Shown here piece after piece: positions 10,628-19,212 of a DNA stretch of 32,000 nt. This stretch comes from Gracilimonas sediminicola (lineage in GTDB: Bacteria; Bacteroidota; Rhodothermia; Balneolales; Balneolaceae), in the NCBI RefSeq assembly GCF_024320785.1, contig NZ_JANDBC010000001.1, forward strand, positions 737,309-769,308. The letters are read 5' to 3'. The position numbers and the translations under genes are program-made. The notes below the pieces were generated by a model. The model was not told the DNA's origin. It ran no database searches and worked only from the letters and a program-made list of their open reading frames with translations. Numbering within the stretch: position 1 is the first letter of the stretch; the number at the start of each line of letters is the position of its first letter.

Positions 10628-11592
10628 GAAAGCTTTCCAGCATCTTAATTCTACTGCTGCTGACTTCAGCCGGAAGCAAAGCCCAGACACTGAGCAGTTT
10701 CAGTAATGAGATTTTTAAGGAAGCTAAGTCTGAGGTACATGATACAGGTGAAATTACGCTTTCAGATTTCTCTTACCAGTCTGCATACACAAATGGACAA
10801 TCATCTTTTTTAGAACTTCCACGAACCAAGCCGTTTGTTGCTTTTGCGGCATCGGCAATTATACCGGGTTCAGGTCAGGCCGCAAACGGGAAATGGGTAC
10901 GGGCCGGAATCTACTTTGCAGTTGAGGCCGTCGGTATTATCTATCATCTCGACCGAAATGCAACGGCTCGCCGGCAGGAAAAAGCTTATGAAGAATTCAC
11001 TCATCAAAACTGGAGCGTATTAGCTTATGCGGAATGGCTGGTGAATTATTCCATGCAAAATGACCTGAATAATGGCTGGCAGGATCTTCAGTCTCATATT
11101 TCCGGGAAAAACCCGGATTTCAGCAATACTACTAACGACTGGTCGAAGGTAAACATCAACCTGCTGCATCAGGTTGAACAGGAAACGCCTTTTGTATTTG
11201 AAAATCGGTATGGCAGCGAATTTTCACACTTGCTGCCCGATTATGGCTCGCAACAGTATTATGAGCTGATCAGTAAATACTATCAATACCAGCCGGGCTG
11301 GCAGGATTGGTACGGACAAGTTACCACCGCCGACAATCAAACCCCCGATATGTACCGATATATGTGGAATGGCAGGGATGAACCGTTTACTCTTTTCTAC
11401 CAGGGGCGGGATCGGGCGCAGGAATTCAATGACAACTACCGGGCAGCCGGGAACATCCTGAAGCTGTTGGTAGTAAACCATGTTGTCTCCGCCTTCGATG
11501 CATTATTCACGGTTCAGCTAAAAAACAGTCGTATTGAGACCAATACCAACCTGATGAAGATGGAGCAATTTTCTGTAACCTGGCACTTTTAA
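10624..11592 (+). CDS. Secreted/membrane protein, DUF5683-like
   Basis: Signal peptide; AFAASAIIPGSGQAANGKWVRAGIYFAVEAVGI motif seen in DUF5683-type proteins; start overlaps the upstream stop (ATGA). Confidence 0.6.
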   Translation: MRKLSSILILLLLTSAGSKAQTLSSFSNEIFKEAKSEVHDTGEITLSDFSYQSAYTNGQSSFLELPRTKPFVAFAASAIIPGSGQAANGKWVRAGIYFAVEAVGIIYHLDRNATARRQEKAYEEFTHQNWSVLAYAEWLVNYSMQNDLNNGWQDLQSHISGKNPDFSNTTNDWSKVNINLLHQVEQETPFVFENRYGSEFSHLLPDYGSQQYYELISKYYQYQPGWQDWYGQVTTADNQTPDMYRYMWNGRDEPFTLFYQGRDRAQEFNDNYRAAGNILKLLVVNHVVSAFDALFTVQLKNSRIETNTNLMKMEQFSVTWHF

Positions 11593-11615
11593 CACGTTGA
11601 TAGTTCCTGTATTTT

Positions 11616-12476
11616 ATGCGCATGCTCAAGCAGATTCTGACTAACAAGTATTTTTATATCGGCACCTTCTCGCTGATGCTATTCGGTGCCGCTTTTCTAT
11701 ATGTGGCTGATAACTTCATCATGCCCTACTACACCAACTATAATGAAGGGGTAACGGTACCTGATGTAACCCGGATTTCTTTAGAAGAAGCCGAAGCTTT
11801 GCTAACCGACTATGGGCTTCGCTTTGAAGTGGCAGACCGTCGTGCCAATTCAGCCTATCCGGCGAATTACGTAATTGACCAAAGCCCCAGCGCCGATAAC
11901 ATCGTGAAGCCGAATCGGAAAATCTATCTCACGGTAAACAACGAGGTTAAACCACAGGTAGTGGTCCCCAATGTTGTAGATCTTTCCTTGCGAAATGCAG
12001 AAATACAGCTACAGAATTATGGACTGGAAGTGGGCAGCCGCAGTTATGAGTCGTCCCGGTTTAAGACCATTATACGCCAATCTATTTCAGGCGGAACCAC
12101 CGTTCAGAAAGGTACGGTGATAGATCTTGTGGTGGGAGACGGTTTTGGCAGTCGCATCATCACAGTCCCCGAAATTATTGGGCTCAGACTTCCTGAAGCT
12201 CAGCTCAAACTGCGTGAAGCCGGGTTCAGAGTCGGTGAAGTCCAGTTCCGGCCAACCAAAGATGTTGTACCCAATACCGTACTCGACTTTTCTCCTAAAG
12301 CGGAAGAACTTCGGGAAGGAGAAAGCCTGACACTGGTCATATCCGAACGTTTTGAAGTTATCGAACAAAGCGAAGGTGGAGCCGTGATCATAGATTCTAC
12401 CGATAATAATTCAGGTGCTAATCCTGATTCCCTCAACAATCAACAGAACCAACCCAATAACAACCCTGATCAATGA
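11616..12476 (+). CDS. Membrane-anchored PASTA-domain protein (three PASTA repeats)
   Basis: One N-terminal TM segment, then three repeats beginning VTVPDVTRISLEEAEALL, VVVPNVVDLSLRNAEIQL and ITVPEIIGLRLPEAQLKL; low-complexity Asn-rich tail; no kinase or transpeptidase domain. Confidence 0.85.
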   Translation: MRMLKQILTNKYFYIGTFSLMLFGAAFLYVADNFIMPYYTNYNEGVTVPDVTRISLEEAEALLTDYGLRFEVADRRANSAYPANYVIDQSPSADNIVKPNRKIYLTVNNEVKPQVVVPNVVDLSLRNAEIQLQNYGLEVGSRSYESSRFKTIIRQSISGGTTVQKGTVIDLVVGDGFGSRIITVPEIIGLRLPEAQLKLREAGFRVGEVQFRPTKDVVPNTVLDFSPKAEELREGESLTLVISERFEVIEQSEGGAVIIDSTDNNSGANPDSLNNQQNQPNNNPDQ

Positions 12477-13141
12477 ATTTTGAACTTCCTATCGTTGCAC
12501 CATCCATTTTAGCAGCCAACTTTGCACGCCTTGGGCAAGATATAGATGATGCGGTTAAAGGCGGAGCAAGCTGGATTCATTGTGATATCATGGACGGGCA
12601 TTTTGTGCCCAACATCAGCTATGGGCCAGGCGTTGTAAAAGCTGCAAAATCATCTGCTCCCCAGGCATTCATCGATGTACACCTAATGATTGAAAACCCG
12701 GATGACTATGTGGAAGCATTTGTACAGGCCGGAGCCGATTTAATCTCCGTCCACTTCGAAACCTGCCCTCACCTCCACCGAACCCTGCAAAACATTAAAA
12801 AGTATGGGATTATGACAGGTGTCGTTGTTAACCCGGCTACTTCACTTCATAATATCGAACCAGTGTTAAATGATGTGGACCTGGTGCTGATTATGAGCGT
12901 AAATCCCGGCTTTGGCGGGCAGAGTTTTATCGAGAGCAGTTATGACAAACTGAAGCGATTGGCTGAAATCAGAGAAGAACAAGAGCTCGGGTTTCTGATT
13001 CAGGTTGATGGTGGCGTGAACCTCAAAAACGCCAAAAAGGTGGCCGAGTCCGGAGCAGATATTCTGGTAGCGGGAAGCAGTGTATTCAGCGCTGAAGATA
13101 TTACCGCCCGGTTTGAGGAGCTCACGGAAATACTGGGGTAA
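12473..13141 (+). CDS. rpe: Ribulose-phosphate 3-epimerase
   Basis: IVAPSILAANFARLGQDI, DIMDGHFVPNISYGP, HLMIENPD, VMSVNPGFGGQSFI, QVDGGVN, LVAGSSVF are signature blocks of Rpe. Confidence 0.97.
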   Translation: MNFELPIVAPSILAANFARLGQDIDDAVKGGASWIHCDIMDGHFVPNISYGPGVVKAAKSSAPQAFIDVHLMIENPDDYVEAFVQAGADLISVHFETCPHLHRTLQNIKKYGIMTGVVVNPATSLHNIEPVLNDVDLVLIMSVNPGFGGQSFIESSYDKLKRLAEIREEQELGFLIQVDGGVNLKNAKKVAESGADILVAGSSVFSAEDITARFEELTEILG

Positions 13142-13157
13142 TCCAATCCATCCGGCC

Positions 13158-13250
13158 TTACCCCTGTAAATCATTTCCCTGAAAGATAGCTTCCAAGGCA
13201 GCCTGCATCATTTCTTCTGCTAAATCCTTATCTTTGGGCAATTCTTTCAT
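13158..13250 (-). CDS. Candidate 30-aa small ORF (MKELPKDKDLAEEMMQAALEAIFQGNDLQG)
   Basis: Read directly from the reverse strand: ATG at 13250-13248 preceded immediately by an in-frame TGA, TAA at 13160-13158. It almost fills the rpe-phoH gap and is amphipathic-helix-like. Confidence 0.25.
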   Translation of the reverse strand: MKELPKDKDLAEEMMQAALEAIFQGNDLQG

Positions 13251-13256
13251 TCAAAA

Positions 13257-14270
13257 ATTTATACCGCTATAGAAGACGAGAAAACACTTTCAGAACAAGT
13301 CATTGAAATCAAAGGTGCGGATCCTGTTGCCCTGTTTGGACTGCATGATCACAACATCATTGCTTTAGATAAGGCTTTTCCCGAAACCAAATTCAACACC
13401 CGCGGCGACCGTGTAAAACTCACCGGGCCGCAGGAGGAAGTTGATACAGCTACCAAAGTAATTGAAGGTATGATTGAGCTGCTGGATCGCAAGAGCAAAG
13501 TAGCCGAGGACGATGTCAAAACCCTGGTTGCTCTTAAAAGTGGAGAAACCACAGCTGGCCGGCCTCAAATCCGTACGCTGGATGAGACTACAGGTGACAC
13601 CATCATTCATACCCATAACGGGGAAGCTATCACAGCTAAAACTCCCGGGCAGCGAAGAATCGTAAGTTCTTCAGCTGAACATGATATCGTGTTCGCTATT
13701 GGCCCGGCCGGTACCGGAAAGACCTATACCTCTGTAGCATTAGCCGTTCAGGCTCTGAAGAACCGCCAGGTAAGAAAAATTATTTTAGCCCGCCCTGCTG
13801 TTGAAGCTGGTGAAAACCTTGGTTTTCTTCCGGGTGACCTTAAAGAAAAAATTGACCCGTATCTCCGCCCTCTCTATGATGCCCTGGAAGATATGATTGA
13901 CCGGGATCGGCTGGAGCTTCACCTGACCAAGAACGTGATTGAAATTGCTCCGCTTGCCTACATGCGTGGACGTACCCTCAATAATGCATTCGTGATTCTG
14001 GATGAAGCACAGAATGCCACAAACACGCAGATGAAGATGTTCCTGACCCGAATAGGGTTCAACAGCCGGGCCATTATCACCGGTGATATTACCCAGACTG
14101 ACCTCCCCCATCGTCAGCAATCGGGACTCATTTCTATTCAAAAGATCCTGCAGGATATTGACGGAATTGATTTCGTTTACCTTGGCGAAGAAGACGTAGT
14201 ACGCCACAAGTTAGTCCGCGATATTATTAAAGCCTACGACAAGTTTGAGGATAAGAAGAAAAGAAAGTAA
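13257..14270 (+). CDS. phoH: PhoH-like ATPase (start codon uncertain)
   Basis: GPAGTGKTYTSVALAVQAL (Walker A), ARPAVEAGENLGFLPGDLKEKIDPYLRPLYDAL, AYMRGRTLNNAFVILDEAQNAT (Walker B), GDITQTDLP. Reading frame upstream of the listed ATG (13470) encodes plausible N-terminal sequence IYTAIEDEKTLSEQVIEIKGADPVALFGLHDHNIIALDKAFPETKFNTRGDRVKLTGPQEE; frame opens after a TAA at 13221-13223. Confidence 0.88.
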   Translation: MYTAIEDEKTLSEQVIEIKGADPVALFGLHDHNIIALDKAFPETKFNTRGDRVKLTGPQEEVDTATKVIEGMIELLDRKSKVAEDDVKTLVALKSGETTAGRPQIRTLDETTGDTIIHTHNGEAITAKTPGQRRIVSSSAEHDIVFAIGPAGTGKTYTSVALAVQALKNRQVRKIILARPAVEAGENLGFLPGDLKEKIDPYLRPLYDALEDMIDRDRLELHLTKNVIEIAPLAYMRGRTLNNAFVILDEAQNATNTQMKMFLTRIGFNSRAIITGDITQTDLPHRQQSGLISIQKILQDIDGIDFVYLGEEDVVRHKLVRDIIKAYDKFEDKKKRK

Positions 14271-14304
14271 CTGAATTACTCAGTTGCAAAGAGACAGAGT
14301 AAGC

Positions 14305-14655
14305 ATGGTTAAAACTCATCGGGATTTACAGATTTGGCAAAAAGCTATGCAGCTTGTAACTAAAGTTTATCAAGCTGTGGATGATTTTCCGGGCTTTGAA
14401 AAATTTGGGCTTATATCCCAGATTCGACGGAGCTCGGTTTCGGTTCCGGCCAACATTGCAGAAGGTTTTGGCAGAAGATCAAAGAAAGATTTTCGAAGAT
14501 TCTTGAATATCAGCATGGGTTCACTATTCGAATTGCAAACTGAATTAGAGGTATCATTTAACCTTGGGTTTTTAGAAGAAGAACTGTTTAAGGAGCTTTA
14601 CTCCGATACAAGAGAAATTGAGCGAATGATGAGCAGTTTCATCTCCACCCTATGA
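14305..14655 (+). CDS. Four-helix-bundle protein (S23 / 23S rRNA intervening-sequence family)
   Basis: HRDLQIWQKAMQLVTKVYQ, FGLISQIRRSSVSVPANIAEGFGR, GSLFELQTELEV, typical of the family; first ATG of the ORF is at 14284, but MVKTHRDLQIW at 14305 matches the usual family start. Confidence 0.88.
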   Translation: MVKTHRDLQIWQKAMQLVTKVYQAVDDFPGFEKFGLISQIRRSSVSVPANIAEGFGRRSKKDFRRFLNISMGSLFELQTELEVSFNLGFLEEELFKELYSDTREIERMMSSFISTL

Positions 14656-14681
14656 CTTTGTAACTCTGTCACTCATTTACT

Positions 14682-15527
14682 TTGTCACACTTAACAACAC
14701 AAAACGACAACTCATTGTCACAAACAGAACAAACCTACGCTGCCACTTTGTATGAGGGCACATTTTCCGTTGGATTAGATAAGAAATTTGTCCGAATTGA
14801 GCGGGATGACCCTCCTGCGAAAGGAGCTTTGAAGCTATCCCTTAATCCGTTACTCATTCATACCCCGGAGCGGAATTACCTGTTTGATTGCGGAATTGGG
14901 GAGTTCGGTGAAGATACCGGACCGGAAACCATTCGGCAGAATTTGAACGACCACGGACTTACTGAATTTGATATCACCGATATCTTTTTGAGTCACCTGC
15001 ACTACGACCATATTGGCGGCTTAGCTCATCGTGAGAATGGCTATTGGGAACTTACGTTTCCGGATGCCAATCTTTGGGTTTCCAAAAAAGGCTGGGAAAA
15101 GATGATGGCTAAAGATGAGTACTATGATGAAGAGAAAACGGAGTTTGTCTCCTTTATCGATGCCAAAGCCGACCTCCATTTTCTGGACGAGGAAGATCAG
15201 CCCTATCCTGAATTGAAAGTCCGGAAGATTGGCGGACATACTGAGTTTCATCAAGTATTGCTTTTTGACGATGGCGAGCATAAATACCTGCAAGCCGGTG
15301 ATGTTATTGGAACCAAAGGAGCCATCAACCGAAAGTACGCAGCCAAGTATGACTTTGAACCCAAAGTGAGCCAGCAGAAGCGTGAAGAATTGGCCAAACT
15401 GGCATTTGATGAAGGATATACTATTTTAGCCTACCATGAAGATCAGAACCCTTTGTTTAAACTGACTGATTACAATGAGAAAACCGGGTACAGCACCGAA
15501 AACATCGAGTCTTATGTCCCTGCCTGA
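14682..15527 (+). CDS. MBL-fold metallo-hydrolase
   Basis: LSHLHYDHIGGLAHR (HxHxDH), GHTEFHQVLL, AGDVIG, YHED; TTG start probable. Confidence 0.85.
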   Translation: MSHLTTQNDNSLSQTEQTYAATLYEGTFSVGLDKKFVRIERDDPPAKGALKLSLNPLLIHTPERNYLFDCGIGEFGEDTGPETIRQNLNDHGLTEFDITDIFLSHLHYDHIGGLAHRENGYWELTFPDANLWVSKKGWEKMMAKDEYYDEEKTEFVSFIDAKADLHFLDEEDQPYPELKVRKIGGHTEFHQVLLFDDGEHKYLQAGDVIGTKGAINRKYAAKYDFEPKVSQQKREELAKLAFDEGYTILAYHEDQNPLFKLTDYNEKTGYSTENIESYVPA

Positions 15528-16305
15528 TTACATCACTGACATCAAAAACTTCCTCACCGATAATGACTTCCCTGAGCAAATAGACTCAGCCGTCATTCTC
15601 GGCTCGGGACTGGGTACATTTGGGGATCACATTCAGGATGCACTTTCTATTGAATATTCTGAGATTCCTGATTTCCCCCAATCTACCGTAGTCGGTCATT
15701 CCGGGTCGCTGATTTGTGGGGTAGTGGAAGGCAAAACCGTACTGGCCTTTTCCGGTCGTTTTCATCATTACGAAGGGCATGCTTTTGCCAAAACCGTACT
15801 TCCGGTGCAATTGGCTAAAGCTTTTGATGTGGACAAACTCATTATCTCAAATGCGGCTGGTGGTATTAACCTGCGTTATCGTGTTGGAGATTTAATGATC
15901 ATCGACAGCATCATCAAGCAGTATATGATGGTCTCTGAACCGGCTGTAAATACCTGGAGCTCAAAGTTTGAAAAGTATGCCCGCGAAGTAAAAGCTATTG
16001 CCCGCGACCTGAATATTGAAACCCAAACGGGAACTTATCTTTACGTGAAAGGGCCAAACTACGAGAGCAAAGCTGAAATAAGGGCCTTCCGCAAAATGGG
16101 CGGTGATGCGGTTGGGATGAGTACGGCCCCGGAATTAATTGAAGCTGCCAAACTGGGAGTTAAAACGGCCGCTGTTTCGCTGATCACTAATGCGGCTGCC
16201 GGAGTCACGGACCAGAAACTGGATCATGCAGAAGTAAAGGAAGCGGCAGATCAGAAAAAAGGAGTGTTTGCTAAGTTAGTGAAGGGATTGATTAAAGAAT
16301 TTTAG
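15514..16305 (+). CDS. Purine nucleoside phosphorylase (trimeric class)
   Basis: VILGSGLGTFGDHI, GHSGSLICG, FSGRFHHYEGH, ISNAAGGIN, GPNYESKAEIRAFRKMGGDAVGMSTAPE. In-frame ATG at 15514 overlaps the MBL gene end. Confidence 0.93.
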   Translation: MSLPDYITDIKNFLTDNDFPEQIDSAVILGSGLGTFGDHIQDALSIEYSEIPDFPQSTVVGHSGSLICGVVEGKTVLAFSGRFHHYEGHAFAKTVLPVQLAKAFDVDKLIISNAAGGINLRYRVGDLMIIDSIIKQYMMVSEPAVNTWSSKFEKYAREVKAIARDLNIETQTGTYLYVKGPNYESKAEIRAFRKMGGDAVGMSTAPELIEAAKLGVKTAAVSLITNAAAGVTDQKLDHAEVKEAADQKKGVFAKLVKGLIKEF

Positions 16306-16373
16306 TTGTAGCTGTCAGCATTCAGTTTTCAGCTGTCAGCTTCTCTCACTTTTTAAATTCCATATATATCATT

Positions 16374-17243
16374 TCACTCAAACTCATTGCAGCCGGGCTG
16401 GTAGTATTCCTCGTTGAAATCGGGATAAGAAGCGGTTAGTTCTTCATCGTCCCAGATCGAGGCCTTGGCCAATTCCCGGTTCTCATCTACGAATAGGGCC
16501 TGCCCGGTGCTGTCAACCCAACTACTTGAGGTTTGGACAAAAAGACACGGGTCAGAAAAATTATCTGTTCGGTCGATTTCACTCACACCATAGGAAGCAT
16601 GTACTAAATAAAACTTCTCCGAACAGAACTCCTCACACGCACTCACCAATAACCGGTCAGCATCAATCCAGGCTACCCCGTCAAAATCATTACCGGGTAC
16701 ATCAAAAGTATTTTGTGGCATCCACTGTCCATTTTCTTCTTCCCAAAAAGCAATATCAATGGTACAATCCGAGCGGGTTTCAAGCACAGCCAGCATACTT
16801 CCATCAAAAGAGGGAATTACATTGATTGACTGAAAATTTCCAATTTTATCTCCGCAAATCCCCGAATCATTAGGCGAAAACGTGAGTAGCAATTCACCGG
16901 TTTCGGCATTTGTCAGGTGGTATTCTTCGGAAAAACTTCCAGAGATCAGGTACCCGGCCTCTTTCATGTAAAACAGGTCTTCTGCATTGCCTTCCAACAC
17001 CTCAGAAACTTCGAAGTTGCCGGTTAATTCTGTATCCGTCAGGTAAACAGAGTATTCCTCATTCTTCACATCGCCGCCGTCAGGATAATTTCTCCTGTAG
17101 TCATACTTATTCAGTATATAAGCTATTTCAGAGCTGTCATCACTCCAAACAGGCGCAGCTATTCTTTCTTTGTTTTTCCATTTCGCACAAGAACCCAGCA
17201 GAATGGCTATCAAAACAACGATCAACAGAGATGGATTTTTCAT
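16374..17243 (-). CDS. Hypothetical lipoprotein, possible propeller-like repeats
   Basis: Signal peptide with lipobox ILLGSC; APVWSDDSSEIAYI and IPSFDGSMLAVL resemble propeller-blade strands. Confidence 0.6.
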   Translation of the reverse strand: MKNPSLLIVVLIAILLGSCAKWKNKERIAAPVWSDDSSEIAYILNKYDYRRNYPDGGDVKNEEYSVYLTDTELTGNFEVSEVLEGNAEDLFYMKEAGYLISGSFSEEYHLTNAETGELLLTFSPNDSGICGDKIGNFQSINVIPSFDGSMLAVLETRSDCTIDIAFWEEENGQWMPQNTFDVPGNDFDGVAWIDADRLLVSACEEFCSEKFYLVHASYGVSEIDRTDNFSDPCLFVQTSSSWVDSTGQALFVDENRELAKASIWDDEELTASYPDFNEEYYQPGCNEFE

Positions 17244-17408
17244 GGCAATGCACCCACAATGATTATTTCCCGCAGGTAAGCGGACATCCGTTATAAGCTA
17301 TCCATGCTAATGTAGCTCAAAATATTTTTATTTGGAAAAGGGAAAGTATTTGGCTGATTGCGGTCCAACCAACGGTTCAGAAAAAGAGACAACTCAAATA
17401 ACCAACAA

Positions 17409-18260
17409 CTAATTATCATAGATTACAATCTGAGCAAAATCTTCCGTCCATTGATCTCTTTCCAAATCCATTAACCACTTGTTTAAGGTGATCCAGTTAT
17501 TTTTGTAGCTAAGCTCTTCAGCTAATTTTTCAAACTCATATTTCTCTTTGGTAGCAACGGCAAAAATGAGCTCCGAATAGACCTCCTGATTTCCCTCTGT
17601 TTGAGCCGTAAAGTCTATAATCCGACGTTCTTTTTCGTTGGGGATGAGGCGAAGCTCATCACTTTTAACATAATTCTCCTGCAGGTAAGCATTGGGAAAA
17701 AACATAGCCACACTGTTGTCTTCTTTGATAGAAAATAGTGTGATATATGCATCCTTGGTAGTGGTAACTTCAAATTCAATGGGTTCTCCAACGGTATAGG
17801 CCTTTTTGTTGCTCGATATATCTACCTTGAAATACTGATCGTAGTCTTTATCCAGTTTCTGAACCTTACAGGTGTAGGTTATACCAACCATATTCCCTTC
17901 TACATAATATTCAGGCGTATTCTCCCCCACAATTCTCCCCTCTACGTTAATTCGCATCAGTCGCCGAAAGGTTTGAAAATAGGCAGCATCATTTTCTTCA
18001 ATACTTTCTGTTTCCGCCTGGGCATCAAACGATTTAATATTCAAGCCTGTAACTCTTTGAACGGCTTCTACCCGTGCATCTCTTAATAGTTCCTCTTTCA
18101 CCTGATCTAAAGACCGATCCGATTCCTGCATTAGTTCCAGGTTTACGGTTACCGATTGTGGTTTCTCCTGCCCCAAACACTCGCCGGTAAAAACCATCAG
18201 AAGAATGGTAATGACCAAACGCCCCGTTTCCATCAACCCTTTTGTTTCGAATATTTTCAT
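17409..18260 (-). CDS. Secreted DUF4384-like domain protein
   Basis: Signal peptide-like N-terminus from METGRLVITILLMVFTGECLGQ. LLRDARVEAVQRVTG region resembles FlgT-N/LPP20-type domains. YFKVDISSNKKAYTVGEPIEFEVTTTKDAYITLFSIKEDNSVAMFFPNAY matches the DUF4384 pattern. Confidence 0.65.
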   Translation of the reverse strand: MKIFETKGLMETGRLVITILLMVFTGECLGQEKPQSVTVNLELMQESDRSLDQVKEELLRDARVEAVQRVTGLNIKSFDAQAETESIEENDAAYFQTFRRLMRINVEGRIVGENTPEYYVEGNMVGITYTCKVQKLDKDYDQYFKVDISSNKKAYTVGEPIEFEVTTTKDAYITLFSIKEDNSVAMFFPNAYLQENYVKSDELRLIPNEKERRIIDFTAQTEGNQEVYSELIFAVATKEKYEFEKLAEELSYKNNWITLNKWLMDLERDQWTEDFAQIVIYDN

Positions 18261-18381
18261 ACTGCCGTCTTTTTTTGCCGAAAATATAAATCAACTGAAC
18301 ATAAGTTCATTATTTTTTTTGCAAATAATCCCCTAATTATATTAATTCAGCTAAATCTAAACACAATTTTCGGGGGTACTT

Positions 18382-18756
18382 ATGAAAAGAAATATAATTT
18401 TCATCATGCTTTTCTCTTTTTTATTGGCTGCCTGCACTCAAAGGACCTATATAAGAAAGAATCAATCTCATTTTGACTATCCTAACAGCAATGTTACACC
18501 AATAGGAAGCTCAAAAGTATTGGGGACTTCTAAAACAGGTCTTTCAATGAAGCCGCCAACCATCACTTCGACTATCGAAGCACAAGCTTATCAGGATGCT
18601 CTCAACAAAGTTAGCGGAGCTGATATGTTAATTAATATTGATTACAACTGGAAAGTCACAGTAATACCAGTTTACGTATTGACATTATATACCGGAAAAC
18701 TGACTGTCGAAGGATACCCGGTAACCATGGAAGTAGGCGAACAAGAATTAAATTAA
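18382..18756 (+). CDS. Small lipoprotein, paralogue of the next gene
   Basis: Lipobox LLAAC; shared blocks YPNSNVTPIG, GAD, TVEGYPVTMEVGEQEL with the downstream ORF. Confidence 0.7.
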   Translation: MKRNIIFIMLFSFLLAACTQRTYIRKNQSHFDYPNSNVTPIGSSKVLGTSKTGLSMKPPTITSTIEAQAYQDALNKVSGADMLINIDYNWKVTVIPVYVLTLYTGKLTVEGYPVTMEVGEQELN

Positions 18757-18768
18757 TCGAGGTACATC

Positions 18769-19212
18769 ATGAATAAGTTTAAATCACTAATTACAGTTTT
18801 TGCATGTGCACTTCTATTAGTTGGTTGTAGCACTAAATATGGGCAGAGAGTTGTAAGCAGCCATTATGTTTATCCTAATAGTAATGTTGTACCACTGGGG
18901 TATACAACAGCTGAAGTATCCAGAGTAGGTATACTTTTCCCCAAACAAGCTAATAAAGAAGTTTATGAAGAACTCTTTAATCAAGCTTTATCCAAGCACC
19001 AAGGTGCAGATATCATTGTAGATATGGGCCTTGACGTAACTTATACACAAATTCCCATTCCTATTCTTACTATCTGGATTACAAAAATGAACCTTACCGG
19101 AACTGCAGCGTCGGTTGAAGTTGGTGAGCAAGAGTTATCTCAAATAAGAAACCAAAACTTCGAAGAAGTGGTTGATAAATTTCACTCCTTAGACATTACG
19201 AAAATAAGGTGA
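18769..19212 (+). CDS. Small lipoprotein, paralogue of the previous gene
   Basis: Lipobox LLVGC; shared blocks YPNSNVVPLG, GADIIVDMG, LTGTAASVEVGEQEL. Confidence 0.7.
   Translation: MNKFKSLITVFACALLLVGCSTKYGQRVVSSHYVYPNSNVVPLGYTTAEVSRVGILFPKQANKEVYEELFNQALSKHQGADIIVDMGLDVTYTQIPIPILTIWITKMNLTGTAASVEVGEQELSQIRNQNFEEVVDKFHSLDITKIR

Noticed and set aside
13785-14207. 140-aa minus-strand ORF opposite phoH
   Set aside because: Antisense to conserved PhoH motifs; no family resemblance.
18296-18309. TGAAC-ataa-GTTCA dyad between divergent genes as an operator
   Set aside because: Only 5-bp arms in AT-rich DNA; too weak to call without comparative support.
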